Source: Methanobacteriota archaeon (GTDB taxonomy: Archaea; Thermoplasmatota; SW-10-69-26; JACQPN01). Taken from it: DNA of 64,000 bases. Shown piece by piece: positions 27,101 to 36,219 of the stretch. Each line of letters starts with the position of its first letter. Position 1 is the stretch's first letter. The notes under the pieces were generated by a model. It was not told the origin of the DNA. It ran no database searches and saw only the letters and a program-made list of their open reading frames with translations. The translations under genes and the position numbers were made by a program. The stretch is taken from NCBI GenBank assembly GCA_016207515.1, contig JACQPN010000012.1:31759-95758 (forward strand). The letters run 5' to 3'.

Positions 27101-30100
27101 GTCGGGATCGGAAGCCCCGGTACGGCCGCGAAGGCGATCACGGTCGGGAACCAGGACGATCTCCGTACCGTATCCCGTGTCGACGACACCGTCTGCCACG
27201 GAGCCTTCTTCGAAGCCAACGGTTTCGGGGGTGCTTGCGGTGTCAGCGGTTCCGTCACGGCCTCCAACCAGGTCGGCAAACCCGATCTTCTGGCGCCGGG
27301 CGTCTGCGTCTCGGTGGCCCAGGCGACGTCCACGACCGCCTTCAACGAGTGCGGCTCGGGAACGAGTTACTCTGCTCCCATCGTCGCGGGCATCGTCGCC
27401 CTCATGTTCGAGGCGAACCCCGCGTTGACACCGACCCAGGTCAAGAGTATCCTCAGGGAGACATCCCACGTCGGCGACCTGCCGCCCACCAACACGTGGG
27501 TGCCCGGGATCGGCTACGGTCACGTGGACGCCTTTCTTGCAGTGAAGGCCGCGAAGGACCTTGCCGGAACGACGCCCCTCAGCGTCGATGCGGGCGGCCC
27601 GTACGTGGGCTCCCCTGGCGTCGATGTCGCGATGTCGCCGACCATCAGCGGCGGCACCTTGCCCTACACCTATTTGTGGAATTTCGGCGACGCGCAGACC
27701 TCGACACAGGCCGCTCCGAGCCACGCTTGGGCCTCGGCCGGGACGTACACGGTGACGTTGACCGTCACGGACTCGGCGGCAACGCCGTCCATCGTCAGCG
27801 ACTCGACCACTGCCACCATCTCCGCGGGGCTACTCGCGGCGATTGGAACCCCAGCCGCGGATGACGTCGTGTCCGGCTCCGTCCCCGTTTCGGGCACGGC
27901 CTTCTTCCCGCCCTCGGCGGGAAGTGCTCTCGACCTCAACGCCCCGCTCTGGACGGACACGGCGGGCGACGGGGGCGCGGGCGGCGCGAACATCGATCAC
28001 ATGGACTTCGTCTCTGGGTACGCTTGGGGAGACGACGGGCCGGCGGACACCACGTTCAACGTCGGCGCCCGCCTTGCGTCGCTTCCGAGCGACCCTCGTA
28101 ACGCCGAATACGCGCGTTACACCCTGCAGTTCGTCTACGGCGACAGGCAGTACTACCTCCTGAGCCGCCTCTCGAACATCGCGGGGACGAACCTGCCGGA
28201 TGGCGAGTTCAAGGAACGCTTCGTGCTCTACAACCGGCCATGGCCCATCGCCTCGACGAGCCTCACCTACATCGCGGACATAACCGGTTCCTGGGACAGG
28301 AACACGGGGCTCGTGACGTGGAACGTCCCCAAGGACCGTATCCAGGATTCCAGCGGTAACGCCGTGCAGCCGGGCGAACTCCTCACCGACTTCGCCGGCT
28401 CGACGTCGCTTGCGGCCGCCGGTTCGGGTATTGTAAGCATCGATTCCACGAGCGCTCCCGCATCGGCCACGTTCACTATCGGCCCCTCGGGAGGCGACCC
28501 CTCGGTCGAGGTGACCTTCGGTTCTCTAGGGCCCGTGCTCGCGACGGGGACGACGTCCTGGAGCACGTCGTTCGATTCGACGCTCGTTCCCGACGGTTCG
28601 ACCACCATCACTGCGATCGCCTACGACGGCCTGGGCCACGCGAGCCCGCCGGCGACGGTCGTCGTGACGGTCTCGAACGGCGGCGGGACGGACCCGTCGG
28701 TGTCCTTCACGACTCCGGGTGCCGGGGCGACGGTCTCTGGTTCGGTCCTCTTCTCGGGAACGGCCTCCGCCGGCACCGGGGGTTCAAGCAGCATGCCGCA
28801 AGGCGTCGGTGGGATAGAACTCCATGGAACGAACGGTGCGGTCCCCATGCGGGCCCAGATCGAGACCTACGCGTACCGCGACGTGCGGTCGTGGCGCCTT
28901 GAATGGGGCGACGGCCAGATCGAGGCCGGCGTTGGAGCCCCGTCAGGCCTCTACAACCACCTCTACCTCATCCCGGGCACGCACGAAGTGCGTATGCTCA
29001 CCGAGGACCACGATGGTGTGTTGCACCTTGACGACTTCACGGTGATCGCATCGAGCGACCCCAACGGCGAGCCCGGCCCGACCAAGAAGACGCTCTACTT
29101 CCACATGGCGGATACGAGTGTGCCCGCGGACGGTCTCATCGACGAACAGTGGGTCAACGCGGATCCCGACGATCCGGAGGGCAACTCCGACGGCGCGATA
29201 TCGAGCGGCGGCTTCAGCCCCGACGGCGTCGACGAGTGGCCGCTGTCTCCGGCACCCAGCCAGACGCTTTACCTCACGACGGGCGGCGTCGGTGTCGCGA
29301 CCCTCGAATACGAGGGCCCGGCCGACGTACAGACGCGCGTCGTCGTCGACGTGCTCGTCGACGGGGAGCTGCGCGCCACGGGTTCGACGACGGCGGACTT
29401 CACGGGCCTTGCCCCGACGACGGTGACTTTCAACGTCGTCGTGACCACCGATTGGGACGGGACCATCCCCGCGGGAGCGGACGTACGAGTCGTGACCAAG
29501 TACCAGACCGCCACGGGCGGTTGGGTGGGAGCGCACGGGTTCGACACGACGTTGTGGAGCCTCATGCTGCCCTTCACCACCACCTCCGGTGGAGGCGGCG
29601 GGGGCAGCACCATCGAGGAGGTCAAGTACTACCCGCAGAACGTCGTGACGACGTTCAACTCGGGCGGTTGCAGCAACACGGCGGCCGGGTCGATGGCCTT
29701 GACCTCGCCGGCCGGGCAGGCGTACCTCCACACGACGAAGCTCGCGAACGCGAACTGCGCCCAGAACTCGCTCACGTTGAAGTTCCTGACGGACGTCTTG
29801 GTCGACGACCTCGACATCTCGAAGGACGGCGACGTCGAGGTAGTGATGGGCGTCAGCGGTTACCCGTGCGGTGACTGCGCGCTCGCCCCGATAAGCATCG
29901 GGGCCAAGGTCGGAACGGCCGCGGACCCGACGCTTGTGGGCTCCGTCGAGGCGGTCGTCGGGCCATCATCGCCGCTTGAGTACCCGTGGATGTTCACCTT
30001 GACGTTCACGCCCGCCGCCGATGTCACGATCCCGGCAGGCTCGAAGCTGCGCCTTGAACTCGAATGGGACAGCTCCCAGGGCCAGGGCCGCTACTTCGGT

Positions 30101-33037
30101 CCGCCGCACGCCGTCTACGGCGGTGGCGACGATCTGACGCAAGGCCCGGCGTATTGGAGCGTCACAGTCCCGAAGAAAGTCGCGATCCCGCCACCCGCGC
30201 AGGTGACAGGCCTCTTCGCGATACCCGGTCCCGAAGAGATCACGCTCGGATGGAACGTCGTGTCGGGGGCGACTTCGTACAAGATCTACCGCGACGGCGT
30301 GTCCATCCAGCAGCAGAGCGCGATCGGGTTCACCGACACCGGCCTCACGGACGGGCAGCTTTACACGTATGAAGTGAGTGCTATGGGTCCGGGCGGCGAA
30401 GGCCTCAAGTCCTCACCCGTTTCCGAGACACCCGGACCGGTCGAGGTCGACGAAAAAGTCGACGTGACCGTGCGTAGGACAAGCGACAGCGTCGTCGTGT
30501 TCGGTCCCTCGACCGCGACCGGCGTTTCCGCCTGGAGCCTGTCGTGGGACTCGACGACGGTGGGCGACGGCGACTACGTCGCGACAGCAGTCTACCAGAT
30601 GACGGACAGCTCCACGGTGCAAGCCGAACGCGCGTTCAGCGTGGACAACGTGCCAGACGTGGTCGCTCCCACCGTGAGCCTCTCCGCCGACAAGGCGAGT
30701 GCGCTCACCGGCGAGACGATCACCTACACGGCCATCGTGACGGGGACAAGCCCCACGATCGAATGGGCCTTCGGCGACGGCGCGACGGCATCCGGCGGCA
30801 CCAGCCAGACGCACAGCTACGCATCGGCCGGGACCTACACGACCACCGTGACGGTATCCAACTCCGCCGGAAGCGATGCGGACAGCGTCTCGGTGACGGT
30901 CCTCGTTCCGAAGACGGTCGAAGTGCGCATCCTGGGCTCCATCGATGATTGGGCGCTTGCGACCCCCACGGGTCCTGCGGGCTCTTGGTCGTCGTGGGCC
31001 TACGATTGGGACGCGACCGGCCTACGCGGTACCTTCACCATCGAAGCACGCTACTTCGATGGAACCACGATGAACGATCCGACGTCGATATCGGTGACCG
31101 TAGACGCCGCGCCGACGGCCGCCCTCACGGCGACTCCGGGGACGGCCCCGACCGGCATGGACGTGACTTTGGACGCCAGTGCGTCCACGGCCACGACCGG
31201 TGGTTCTCTCGTCGAATACAGTTTCGACCCCGGTGACGGAAGCGGTGTCGTGACCGGCGCCGGCTCCTCGCTGGTGCACAGTTACGCGGCCCCCGGCACG
31301 TACACGGCGAGCGTGACCGTCGAGGACGACCTCGGGCGCGTAAGTGCCCCTGCGACGATCGACGTCGTGGCCGAGGATCGCGCCCCGACGGCAGCCTTCA
31401 CAGCGCCGTCCACCGTGCTTACCCTTGTATCCGTGGCCTTCGACGGTTCGGCAAGCTCGGACCCGGACGACGCCATCGCGTCGTACGCTTGGAACTTCGG
31501 AGACGGGGGTTCCGGGTCGGGTGCTGCGACGAGCCACGCCTATGCAAGCAAGGGTACGTACACCGTGACGCTCACGGTGACCGACGGCCACGACGCCTCC
31601 GGCTCGGTGTCGAAAGACATCCAGGTCTTGAACAGGCTTCCGAGCGCGTCGCTCGATGTGAGCCCCGCGTCGGCCCTTGCAGGAACGGAGAGGACGCTTT
31701 CTGCGGCTTCAAGCTCCGATGCGGACGGCACGATCGTGGAATACCGCTTCGACCCAGGGGACGGAACCGGCGTCGTCATCGGCACGGCGAGCTCGATTGC
31801 GCACACCTACGAGGTCCAAGGACAGTACACGGCAAGCGTCGTGGTCGTCGACAACGACGGCGACACGGACCTTGCCGAGTTCCTCGTTACGGCGGCCAAC
31901 AGGGCCCCGGTCCTTGGCGCGATCGGGAACAAGGCGGGACCCGAGGGAGCGCTCATCACCTTCACGGTGACGGCGAGCGACCCCGACGGCGACGCCGTGA
32001 CGCTTTCCGCGTCGAACCTCCCCGCAGGCTCGGACTTCGACACGACGACTGGTGTGTTCTCGTGGACGCCCACCTACAACCAGGCGGGCACCTACGTGGA
32101 CGCGCACTTCGAGGCGTCCGACGGCCTCACGTCCGATTCGGAGGACATCCTCATCGCGGTCTGGAACGTAGACCAAGCGCCCGTGATCGCGGCGATCGCC
32201 GCCCAAACGGTCGTCGAGAGGACGCAGCTCGTATTCTGGATGCACGCTTCCGATGCGGACGGGGACACTTTGACCCTCTCGGCGCTCGGGCTTCCAGCAG
32301 GCTCGATGTTCACGACGACGCCCGCCAACGACTCGGCGTACGTCGCATGGACGCCGGGCTTCGGTCAATCGGGCTCGTACGTGGTGACGCTACGTGCTAG
32401 TGACGGCAACCTCACGACCGCGGTCGCGGTGGGCATCGTCGTCGAGGACTTCCCGGACCACGAGGCACCGGTTACAAGCGCCGCGATCACCAGCGGGACC
32501 CAGTCGCCGAGTGGCTGGTACACGACGAACGCGGAGGTCACGTTGACGCCCGCAGACGCGGGCGGCTCGGGATTGAAATCCACCTACTACCGCTACAACG
32601 GCGGTAACAGGATCGGCTACAATCCGTCGACCAGGATCAACGTGCCGAGCGAAGGGACGACCGTGATCTCGTACTGGTCGGAGGACAACAACGGCAATCT
32701 CGAGGCCGAGAAGACGATCACCGTGCGTATCGACAGGCTCGCTCCCACGGTGACGATCACTTCGCCGACCGGGGTCTTCGGCACCGACATCGCGACGACC
32801 GAGGGCGGGACCGTGAACTTCACCATAAGCGCCAACGACGGCAGCGGTAGCGGCATCGGCCAGGTCCGCTTCTTCGTCGACGGGGTGTTAGTGAAGGTCG
32901 ACACGTCCGCCGGCCCATACTACTACAACTGGAACGCAGGCGCGGCAACGACCGGTCGCCACGTGCTTTCGGTGAAAGTGGTGGACAACGTCGGGATACT
33001 CGTTGAGAAGTCGATAAGCGTCGTGAAGCTCACGTAG
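21161..33037 (+). CDS. Giant secreted S8 (subtilisin-like) serine protease with N-terminal BNR/sialidase-like propeller, many PKD/FnIII/Ig domains and the shared C-terminal module (~3958 aa)
   Basis: Signal peptide ending TASA; Asp-boxes TSDDGNSW, SLNGGLTF, TYDGGVTW; catalytic motifs ANFDAG (~26660), NHATATAG (~26786), IASGN, SGTSYSAPIVAG (~27365); multiple WxFGDG. Confidence 0.92.
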   Translation: MAKGGNEGKRALNVFVSVMMVTSGLLVLPFSEWAPFGTASATPSFGTGAAGFTDYQPPSTMGNDAAEPGIGVNWNTGKVFINSNADQLRVTFNDAVYPPTAFWEDKSAPFSIVNIDPVLFTDSVTGRTFAGGLDGTCSIIGFTSDDGNSWTPSADACAHGGWDHETVGGGPYAEPLRSIIEDSPIAYKHAVYYCSQVGLEPSPAFCSRSLNGGLTFEEVRPTWVRDCWAISGHIRVAPDGTVYLPSRNCGGKDGFGVSTDNTLNWNVRTIPGSTASGRFDPSIAPSYNADGSGNYWIYYGQAEANGAFIAVSKDRGVTFEDIGAGNGVTPTKWLNVGALTSPPVLRAEFAEVIAGDHDRAAFAFLGATQSAANLPGCAAAQNSLVWYMYVAMTYDGGVTWNVEKASEKIVQRGSIGDPDETCRNLLDFNDITVGADGRVLIGYADGCTSASCEGPSGTAGQSRSEKATITRQSSGRGLFAAFDTGSPLEADAGGPYSGGVGAQISFDGAATGGTSPYSFGWDFGDGNTGSGASPTHAYASSGTYTVTLTVTDAASTSDSVSTTATVSSTTSVPVVDIENPASGSTVHDTVAISGTAGHTGDPNGLTFAGLSSVTGTGTTATLSWSSASGGTPPYTYNVYTGPAGSVDLGSPIETTGSTGTTISGLVAGVEACFIVRVTDSAASSDTNTVEKCYLPTLTTETITFYYHGGEFTDAPDPAPDSAVMVKGTMSTTPGAAPKRAVTGGGLVGSSQQIGNVVSPDIDAYPLLFESGPLTGPLTIADGTTTITDNDGAPWTIANNVLLRDCIAGGIDGNYFADVYQVVGDTATLVLTNDAAEFSNTGVLSADPVEGDCVVHHLGYAEPSTASHTFPVGSKILVGIHPDFFAASFSATYKWDGPALYDSHLEFTGTYEPGSPPVQAMISDAVGDGHSPEADFVQVDAAATATDLVVAMNVDLLLTSPGDGFASSEFHEWDVVFTIGTTEYDYQVYTFGQVTGLWSFNDGADSTGTVDIDYANNRITVTIPWTEVGATAGQVLSDVHVQSYETPTGFLSSVVPDDRAPDVGGAALSVPASVSAPSTGDLVTGLNTLFLHGERVRSLSVPSIGDLGKSAPVLSFERPEGLAPSVFSESDGPVFIAFSAPFESDATIGDGEGSTIDGASLGVYISQRSTASMLDGLNAELNLVTNDGVLPLARSYSDDGPKAQGMPTLVNMPFEMGKAYSKTRQLGGFDVSRTDFAGFPATDENGDVLAHVGDRLEVRFWIDSPATTSPYAVYYDNNRFPSALRVPLSGLAPAEPPVPITATGANVLGADDPQELPPQYASLDLKGAAVSNTATDLVVTFTTYGFDPALPHPGSPAATWEYGFTLDGSELALWIESTGAQNPTFEAQSQCLGCLGATGWLTLQSGFPVTIDAASHTLTATVPLSAWSTAISGASLSPGDTLTTTFLQARMLVPGNGLPSVLPTMDYAPGGGPETTATQFVLAPANGNEYTIQGGPNPDTPPTISAFSGSPTSGSAPLAVDFNGSVVEGTNAIASVSLNFGDGSSPESITLSGGSFSGVSHTYTTSGSRTATLTVTDTEGLTDSATQGVNVGSKPAGVYVTVGSGAEERATDDSPDSATWHIDHDFSVYAPGTGLVITAVFFDGSSESAPDSVSVTVGESGTITITSPADGAYVDPGIVPISGTTPDSSGSGQSSGMWTLPFADDVDMDRVQDALEDELSQASASDVYSVKVLLDHPATALDAFKLGSRGHATYSYPIKVIDAVDLEGVPAWAVKGLLRHDGAIRVEWNPPAVLADGLSGQIIKARPSSTYADCVWGGAGCLGYTGKGVGYANFDAGAMGTHKAFEWGAFAPTGVSPSTSKRVATLDVWGQNTVGNHATATAGLAVGTGMATTEQPLYGSAPGASLVSVIALQEIGGATGNSVNVRTCQAVDAVIAAKATYNIRVASLSYGSLLPASTSDDACVDRAVDNGIVMVIASGNTVGIGSPGTAAKAITVGNQDDLRTVSRVDDTVCHGAFFEANGFGGACGVSGSVTASNQVGKPDLLAPGVCVSVAQATSTTAFNECGSGTSYSAPIVAGIVALMFEANPALTPTQVKSILRETSHVGDLPPTNTWVPGIGYGHVDAFLAVKAAKDLAGTTPLSVDAGGPYVGSPGVDVAMSPTISGGTLPYTYLWNFGDAQTSTQAAPSHAWASAGTYTVTLTVTDSAATPSIVSDSTTATISAGLLAAIGTPAADDVVSGSVPVSGTAFFPPSAGSALDLNAPLWTDTAGDGGAGGANIDHMDFVSGYAWGDDGPADTTFNVGARLASLPSDPRNAEYARYTLQFVYGDRQYYLLSRLSNIAGTNLPDGEFKERFVLYNRPWPIASTSLTYIADITGSWDRNTGLVTWNVPKDRIQDSSGNAVQPGELLTDFAGSTSLAAAGSGIVSIDSTSAPASATFTIGPSGGDPSVEVTFGSLGPVLATGTTSWSTSFDSTLVPDGSTTITAIAYDGLGHASPPATVVVTVSNGGGTDPSVSFTTPGAGATVSGSVLFSGTASAGTGGSSSMPQGVGGIELHGTNGAVPMRAQIETYAYRDVRSWRLEWGDGQIEAGVGAPSGLYNHLYLIPGTHEVRMLTEDHDGVLHLDDFTVIASSDPNGEPGPTKKTLYFHMADTSVPADGLIDEQWVNADPDDPEGNSDGAISSGGFSPDGVDEWPLSPAPSQTLYLTTGGVGVATLEYEGPADVQTRVVVDVLVDGELRATGSTTADFTGLAPTTVTFNVVVTTDWDGTIPAGADVRVVTKYQTATGGWVGAHGFDTTLWSLMLPFTTTSGGGGGGSTIEEVKYYPQNVVTTFNSGGCSNTAAGSMALTSPAGQAYLHTTKLANANCAQNSLTLKFLTDVLVDDLDISKDGDVEVVMGVSGYPCGDCALAPISIGAKVGTAADPTLVGSVEAVVGPSSPLEYPWMFTLTFTPAADVTIPAGSKLRLELEWDSSQGQGRYFGPPHAVYGGGDDLTQGPAYWSVTVPKKVAIPPPAQVTGLFAIPGPEEITLGWNVVSGATSYKIYRDGVSIQQQSAIGFTDTGLTDGQLYTYEVSAMGPGGEGLKSSPVSETPGPVEVDEKVDVTVRRTSDSVVVFGPSTATGVSAWSLSWDSTTVGDGDYVATAVYQMTDSSTVQAERAFSVDNVPDVVAPTVSLSADKASALTGETITYTAIVTGTSPTIEWAFGDGATASGGTSQTHSYASAGTYTTTVTVSNSAGSDADSVSVTVLVPKTVEVRILGSIDDWALATPTGPAGSWSSWAYDWDATGLRGTFTIEARYFDGTTMNDPTSISVTVDAAPTAALTATPGTAPTGMDVTLDASASTATTGGSLVEYSFDPGDGSGVVTGAGSSLVHSYAAPGTYTASVTVEDDLGRVSAPATIDVVAEDRAPTAAFTAPSTVLTLVSVAFDGSASSDPDDAIASYAWNFGDGGSGSGAATSHAYASKGTYTVTLTVTDGHDASGSVSKDIQVLNRLPSASLDVSPASALAGTERTLSAASSSDADGTIVEYRFDPGDGTGVVIGTASSIAHTYEVQGQYTASVVVVDNDGDTDLAEFLVTAANRAPVLGAIGNKAGPEGALITFTVTASDPDGDAVTLSASNLPAGSDFDTTTGVFSWTPTYNQAGTYVDAHFEASDGLTSDSEDILIAVWNVDQAPVIAAIAAQTVVERTQLVFWMHASDADGDTLTLSALGLPAGSMFTTTPANDSAYVAWTPGFGQSGSYVVTLRASDGNLTTAVAVGIVVEDFPDHEAPVTSAAITSGTQSPSGWYTTNAEVTLTPADAGGSGLKSTYYRYNGGNRIGYNPSTRINVPSEGTTVISYWSEDNNGNLEAEKTITVRIDRLAPTVTITSPTGVFGTDIATTEGGTVNFTISANDGSGSGIGQVRFFVDGVLVKVDTSAGPYYYNWNAGAATTGRHVLSVKVVDNVGILVEKSISVVKLT

Positions 33038-33052
33038 ACGACGCGGCAATGG

Positions 33053-33090
33053 GGGGCCTGCGCGGGGCCCCTTCTCCTCTTCCCTTTCCA
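33053..33090 (+). terminator. Hairpin plus pyrimidine tract after the giant protease gene
   Basis: GGGGCC(33053-33058)/GGCCCC(33066-33071), then TTCTCCTCTTCCCTTTCC. Confidence 0.55.
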
Positions 33091-33260
33091 ACGTAGCGCA
33101 AGCCACACCGAAAGGCGGGTTGTGGGGCGCCGATCTTGGCGCTGTCAAGGGTTGACATGGGTGACAAGCGCATGGTCACTACCATTGGCCGCGTCTTGTG
33201 GCCTCCTTCGGCGACCCAACAATGATTAAAGTGTGGTCCTCGTATAGCCGCATAGTCAAG

Positions 33261-34514
33261 ATGCCGCGACCTCGCTACGTCGTCATCGGAGATGGGATAT
33301 CCGGGGCCACGGCAGCCGTCACCCTTAGAAAGAACAGTGCCGACTGCGACATCACCGTCCTATCCGACGAGCTTGAGCCGCTCTACAACCGCGTGAAGAT
33401 CAAGGACTTCGCGAAAGGATCCGTGACGGAGCAAAGCGTCCGGATGCACGACGCGAAGTTCTACAAGGACAATGAGATCGAGCTCCGCCTCGGCACACCG
33501 GTGCGCAACATCTACGACGTCGACAAGCAGGTCGTCACGGAAGACGGCGAATCGATCCCTTTCGACAAGCTCCTCATCGCCACCGGCGGGATCCCGAGAC
33601 GCCACCCGGCTCCCGGCTCCGACCTTGGAGGGATACACAGGTTCTGGACGTTCGTGGATTCCCGCCGCATACGCGCTCACGCGCAAAAAAGAGGGAACGG
33701 GGTCGCCATAGGAGCCGGGCTACTCGGTATCGACATCGCGGTGGTCTTCGCCGTGAACGGCGTCAAGACCAGGTACATCATGCGCGGAGACCGCTGGTGG
33801 CGTGAAGGCATCAGCAAGGTGGGCTCCGAGATAGTGGAGGAGGCGATGCTCAAGAAGGGCATCGAGTGCGTCTTCCATGAGAACCCATTGGAGTTCAAGG
33901 GCACCGATGGACACGTCTCCTCGGTCGTCACGGACAAGGCCGAGTACCCGTGCGAGATCGCAGGGGTCGCCGTCGGGCTTCAATTCAATACGAGGCTCAT
34001 CGCGGGGACGAAGGTGAAACTGGGTGAAGGGATACTCACGGACGAAAAACTCCAGACATCTGTGCCGGGCATCTACGCGGCCGGCGACATAGTGCAGTTC
34101 TACGACGTTGTCCAGGAGCGTGTGAACATGAACGGGTCGTGGGCCTCCGCGAAGAAGACCGGGGAGGTCGCCGCGATGAACATGCTCGGCAAGGACATGG
34201 TTTTCCGCCACGTCGACACCTACAGCATCAACCATTTCGAGTTCATGATCGGCTCCGTCGGGTCGGTCTTGGGCACCGACGCGATAGAGGTGAAACTGGG
34301 GCCGAAGGACTACAGGCGCGTCGTGTTCAAGGGAGACAGATGCGTAGGCGCCGTCTTCATCGGAAGCCTCGCGATGCAGGGAAAGTTCAGCAAACTCATC
34401 GACGGGAAGGTGGACATCTCAGGGAAGAAGGAGCTTCTGCTGGAGAAGGACGTCGACTTGACCAAGTTCGGGTTGGCCGCGAGGGCGCCGGCCCCGGTGA
34501 CGGCCACCGAGTGA
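33261..34514 (+). CDS. NAD(P)/FAD-dependent oxidoreductase (rubredoxin/ferredoxin reductase, NirB-N-like)
   Basis: VVIGDGISG, LLIATGG, IGAGLLG, TSVPGIYAAGD motifs. Start moved to MPRPRY. Confidence 0.9.
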   Translation: MPRPRYVVIGDGISGATAAVTLRKNSADCDITVLSDELEPLYNRVKIKDFAKGSVTEQSVRMHDAKFYKDNEIELRLGTPVRNIYDVDKQVVTEDGESIPFDKLLIATGGIPRRHPAPGSDLGGIHRFWTFVDSRRIRAHAQKRGNGVAIGAGLLGIDIAVVFAVNGVKTRYIMRGDRWWREGISKVGSEIVEEAMLKKGIECVFHENPLEFKGTDGHVSSVVTDKAEYPCEIAGVAVGLQFNTRLIAGTKVKLGEGILTDEKLQTSVPGIYAAGDIVQFYDVVQERVNMNGSWASAKKTGEVAAMNMLGKDMVFRHVDTYSINHFEFMIGSVGSVLGTDAIEVKLGPKDYRRVVFKGDRCVGAVFIGSLAMQGKFSKLIDGKVDISGKKELLLEKDVDLTKFGLAARAPAPVTATE

Positions 34515-34584
34515 CGGAGTCACCGACGTAGCGACAGTCAAGTGGCCCGCGTGCCCGGACGTGAGCACCAGCATCCAATGGCGT

Positions 34585-34794
34585 CTACGCGCCCGAGACC
34601 TCGGGTTGCCTTCCCCCTTCCGTCTTCTCTATCTCGTCCCTTCTGAACGGTTTTCTCATCCCCGTCTTGAATTCAATGACTATGTAACCGTCGGGCCTGA
34701 AGCCTTTCACCGTCCCCCAGGCGCCCCTCCATTGTTCCTGTACGGTGGGAACGTCAAGGACACGGACCTCATCCCCCTTCTTCAAGACCAGCAT
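34585..34794 (-). CDS. Small SH3/KOW-like hypothetical protein
   Basis: LKKGDEVRV...GAWGTVKG...IVIEF...FRRDEIE pattern typical of small beta-barrels. Confidence 0.65.
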   Translation of the reverse strand: MLVLKKGDEVRVLDVPTVQEQWRGAWGTVKGFRPDGYIVIEFKTGMRKPFRRDEIEKTEGGRQPEVSGA

Positions 34795-34895
34795 GCCGGG
34801 CTCATCAACGCATGCGGACTATAAAAATCGAGGGAATGGGCACGGTGAGGGAAAGCGCCCACGCCGCACGGGCGCCGCATGCTTGTCGCGGCCCC

Positions 34896-35585
34896 CTAGA
34901 AAACGAGCGTTTCATCGGCTTTTGGGATGTGCACTTGCGCCTTCGACCGTTCGGCCACCATCCGCTTGAAGGATACGGGCGCTGCGACGATTGTCGGAAC
35001 CGTGTTGTAATGGATCGGGATGACGTGGTCGACCCCGAGCCAATCCGTCGCGATCGCCGCCTCGAGTTCCCCCATAGTGTAGTGCCCGCCGATGGGAAGC
35101 AATGCGATGTCCGGCCGGTAGAGTTCACGGATCACGTGCTTCATGTCGCCGAACAACCCCGTGTCGCCCGCGTGGTACACGCGATGCTCGCCATCGTCGA
35201 TGACGTAGCCGCAGGGGTTGCCTCCTTGGCCGTCGAAGGGCCCTGCCTGATCGTCCTGGATGCCGCTCGAATGGGCCGCGAACGTCATCGCGACCATGAT
35301 TCCGGGCGAGACGACGTATCGACCGCCGATGTTCATGCCGGTCGTCTTCAAGCCCTTCCTCTGGAGGTAGTTGGATATCTCGAAATTCGCGACCATGGGA
35401 GCGCCGATCGTAAGCGCGTCGCCCATGTGGTCGTCGTGGCCATGTGTGACAAGGACAAGGTCCGGCCTCAAGTCGGTGGCCTTGGCGCCCGTGACGTTCG
35501 CCGCGAACATCGGGTCGATGAGGATCCTGAAACCCGTCCGGCACTCGAGCTCCACGTTGGCGTGGCCGTGCCAGGTTATCTTCAC
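34896..35585 (-). CDS. Metal-dependent hydrolase, MBL fold (UPF0173-like)
   Basis: ITWHGHA, ILIDP, THGHDDHMGD, YHAGDT, LLPIGGHYTM, IPIHYNT. Confidence 0.93.
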   Translation of the reverse strand: MKITWHGHANVELECRTGFRILIDPMFAANVTGAKATDLRPDLVLVTHGHDDHMGDALTIGAPMVANFEISNYLQRKGLKTTGMNIGGRYVVSPGIMVAMTFAAHSSGIQDDQAGPFDGQGGNPCGYVIDDGEHRVYHAGDTGLFGDMKHVIRELYRPDIALLPIGGHYTMGELEAAIATDWLGVDHVIPIHYNTVPTIVAAPVSFKRMVAERSKAQVHIPKADETLVF

Positions 35586-35664
35586 CGGAAGACCGCTCCA
35601 GCCATGGGGTAGTCAAACGCCTCGGTATCCTAAAGTATTTCGACAAGGACGAAAATCAGGCCCT

Positions 35665-36096
35665 ATGCCCGATTGCATCTTTTGCAAGATCGCGAAAGGC
35701 GACATACCGAGCGTCAAGGTCCACGAGGATGAGCACTCGTTCGCATTCCTCGACATCGACCCGCTCACGGTCGGGCACACGCTCGTCATACCGAAGAAAC
35801 ACTACGACAGGCTTGAAGCGATGCCGCAGACCGAATCGAATCGGCTCTGGGCGACCATCGCCAGACTCGTTCCAGCCGTCCAAGAAGGGGCGGGCGCCAC
35901 GTCATCGAACATCGCCTTCAACAACGGTCCCGAGGCTGGCCAAGAGGTCGCCCACGTCCACTGCCATGTCATCCCGAGGCGGAAGGGGGATGGTGGCGGG
36001 CCGGTGCATGCGATCATACCGCAGGCCGCAAGACCGAAGGTGACGAAGGACGAGCTCGCAAAGACCGGAGAAGCGATCCGGACGAACATCCGTTGA
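35665..36096 (+). CDS. HIT family nucleotide hydrolase
   Basis: DCIFCKI, AFLDIDP, GHTLVIPKKH, GQEVAHVHCHVIPR. Start at MPDC. Confidence 0.93.
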   Translation: MPDCIFCKIAKGDIPSVKVHEDEHSFAFLDIDPLTVGHTLVIPKKHYDRLEAMPQTESNRLWATIARLVPAVQEGAGATSSNIAFNNGPEAGQEVAHVHCHVIPRRKGDGGGPVHAIIPQAARPKVTKDELAKTGEAIRTNIR

Positions 36097-36219
36097 TGGG
36101 ACCATCCGGGCCGGGGTCGACGGGGGCCGAGCCGGGACGCCTCGCTCGTTGCGGGAGACCTGGAATCGACTGGGACGCCCGGTCGCATCAAGCGTGCTTT
36201 CGACAAAGTGATGGTGATT

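Noticed and set aside
33117..33220. tRNA (including tRNA-Sec)
   Set aside because: No TTCRA T-loop, D-loop GG or 7-nt anticodon loop; kept only as an unknown structured element.
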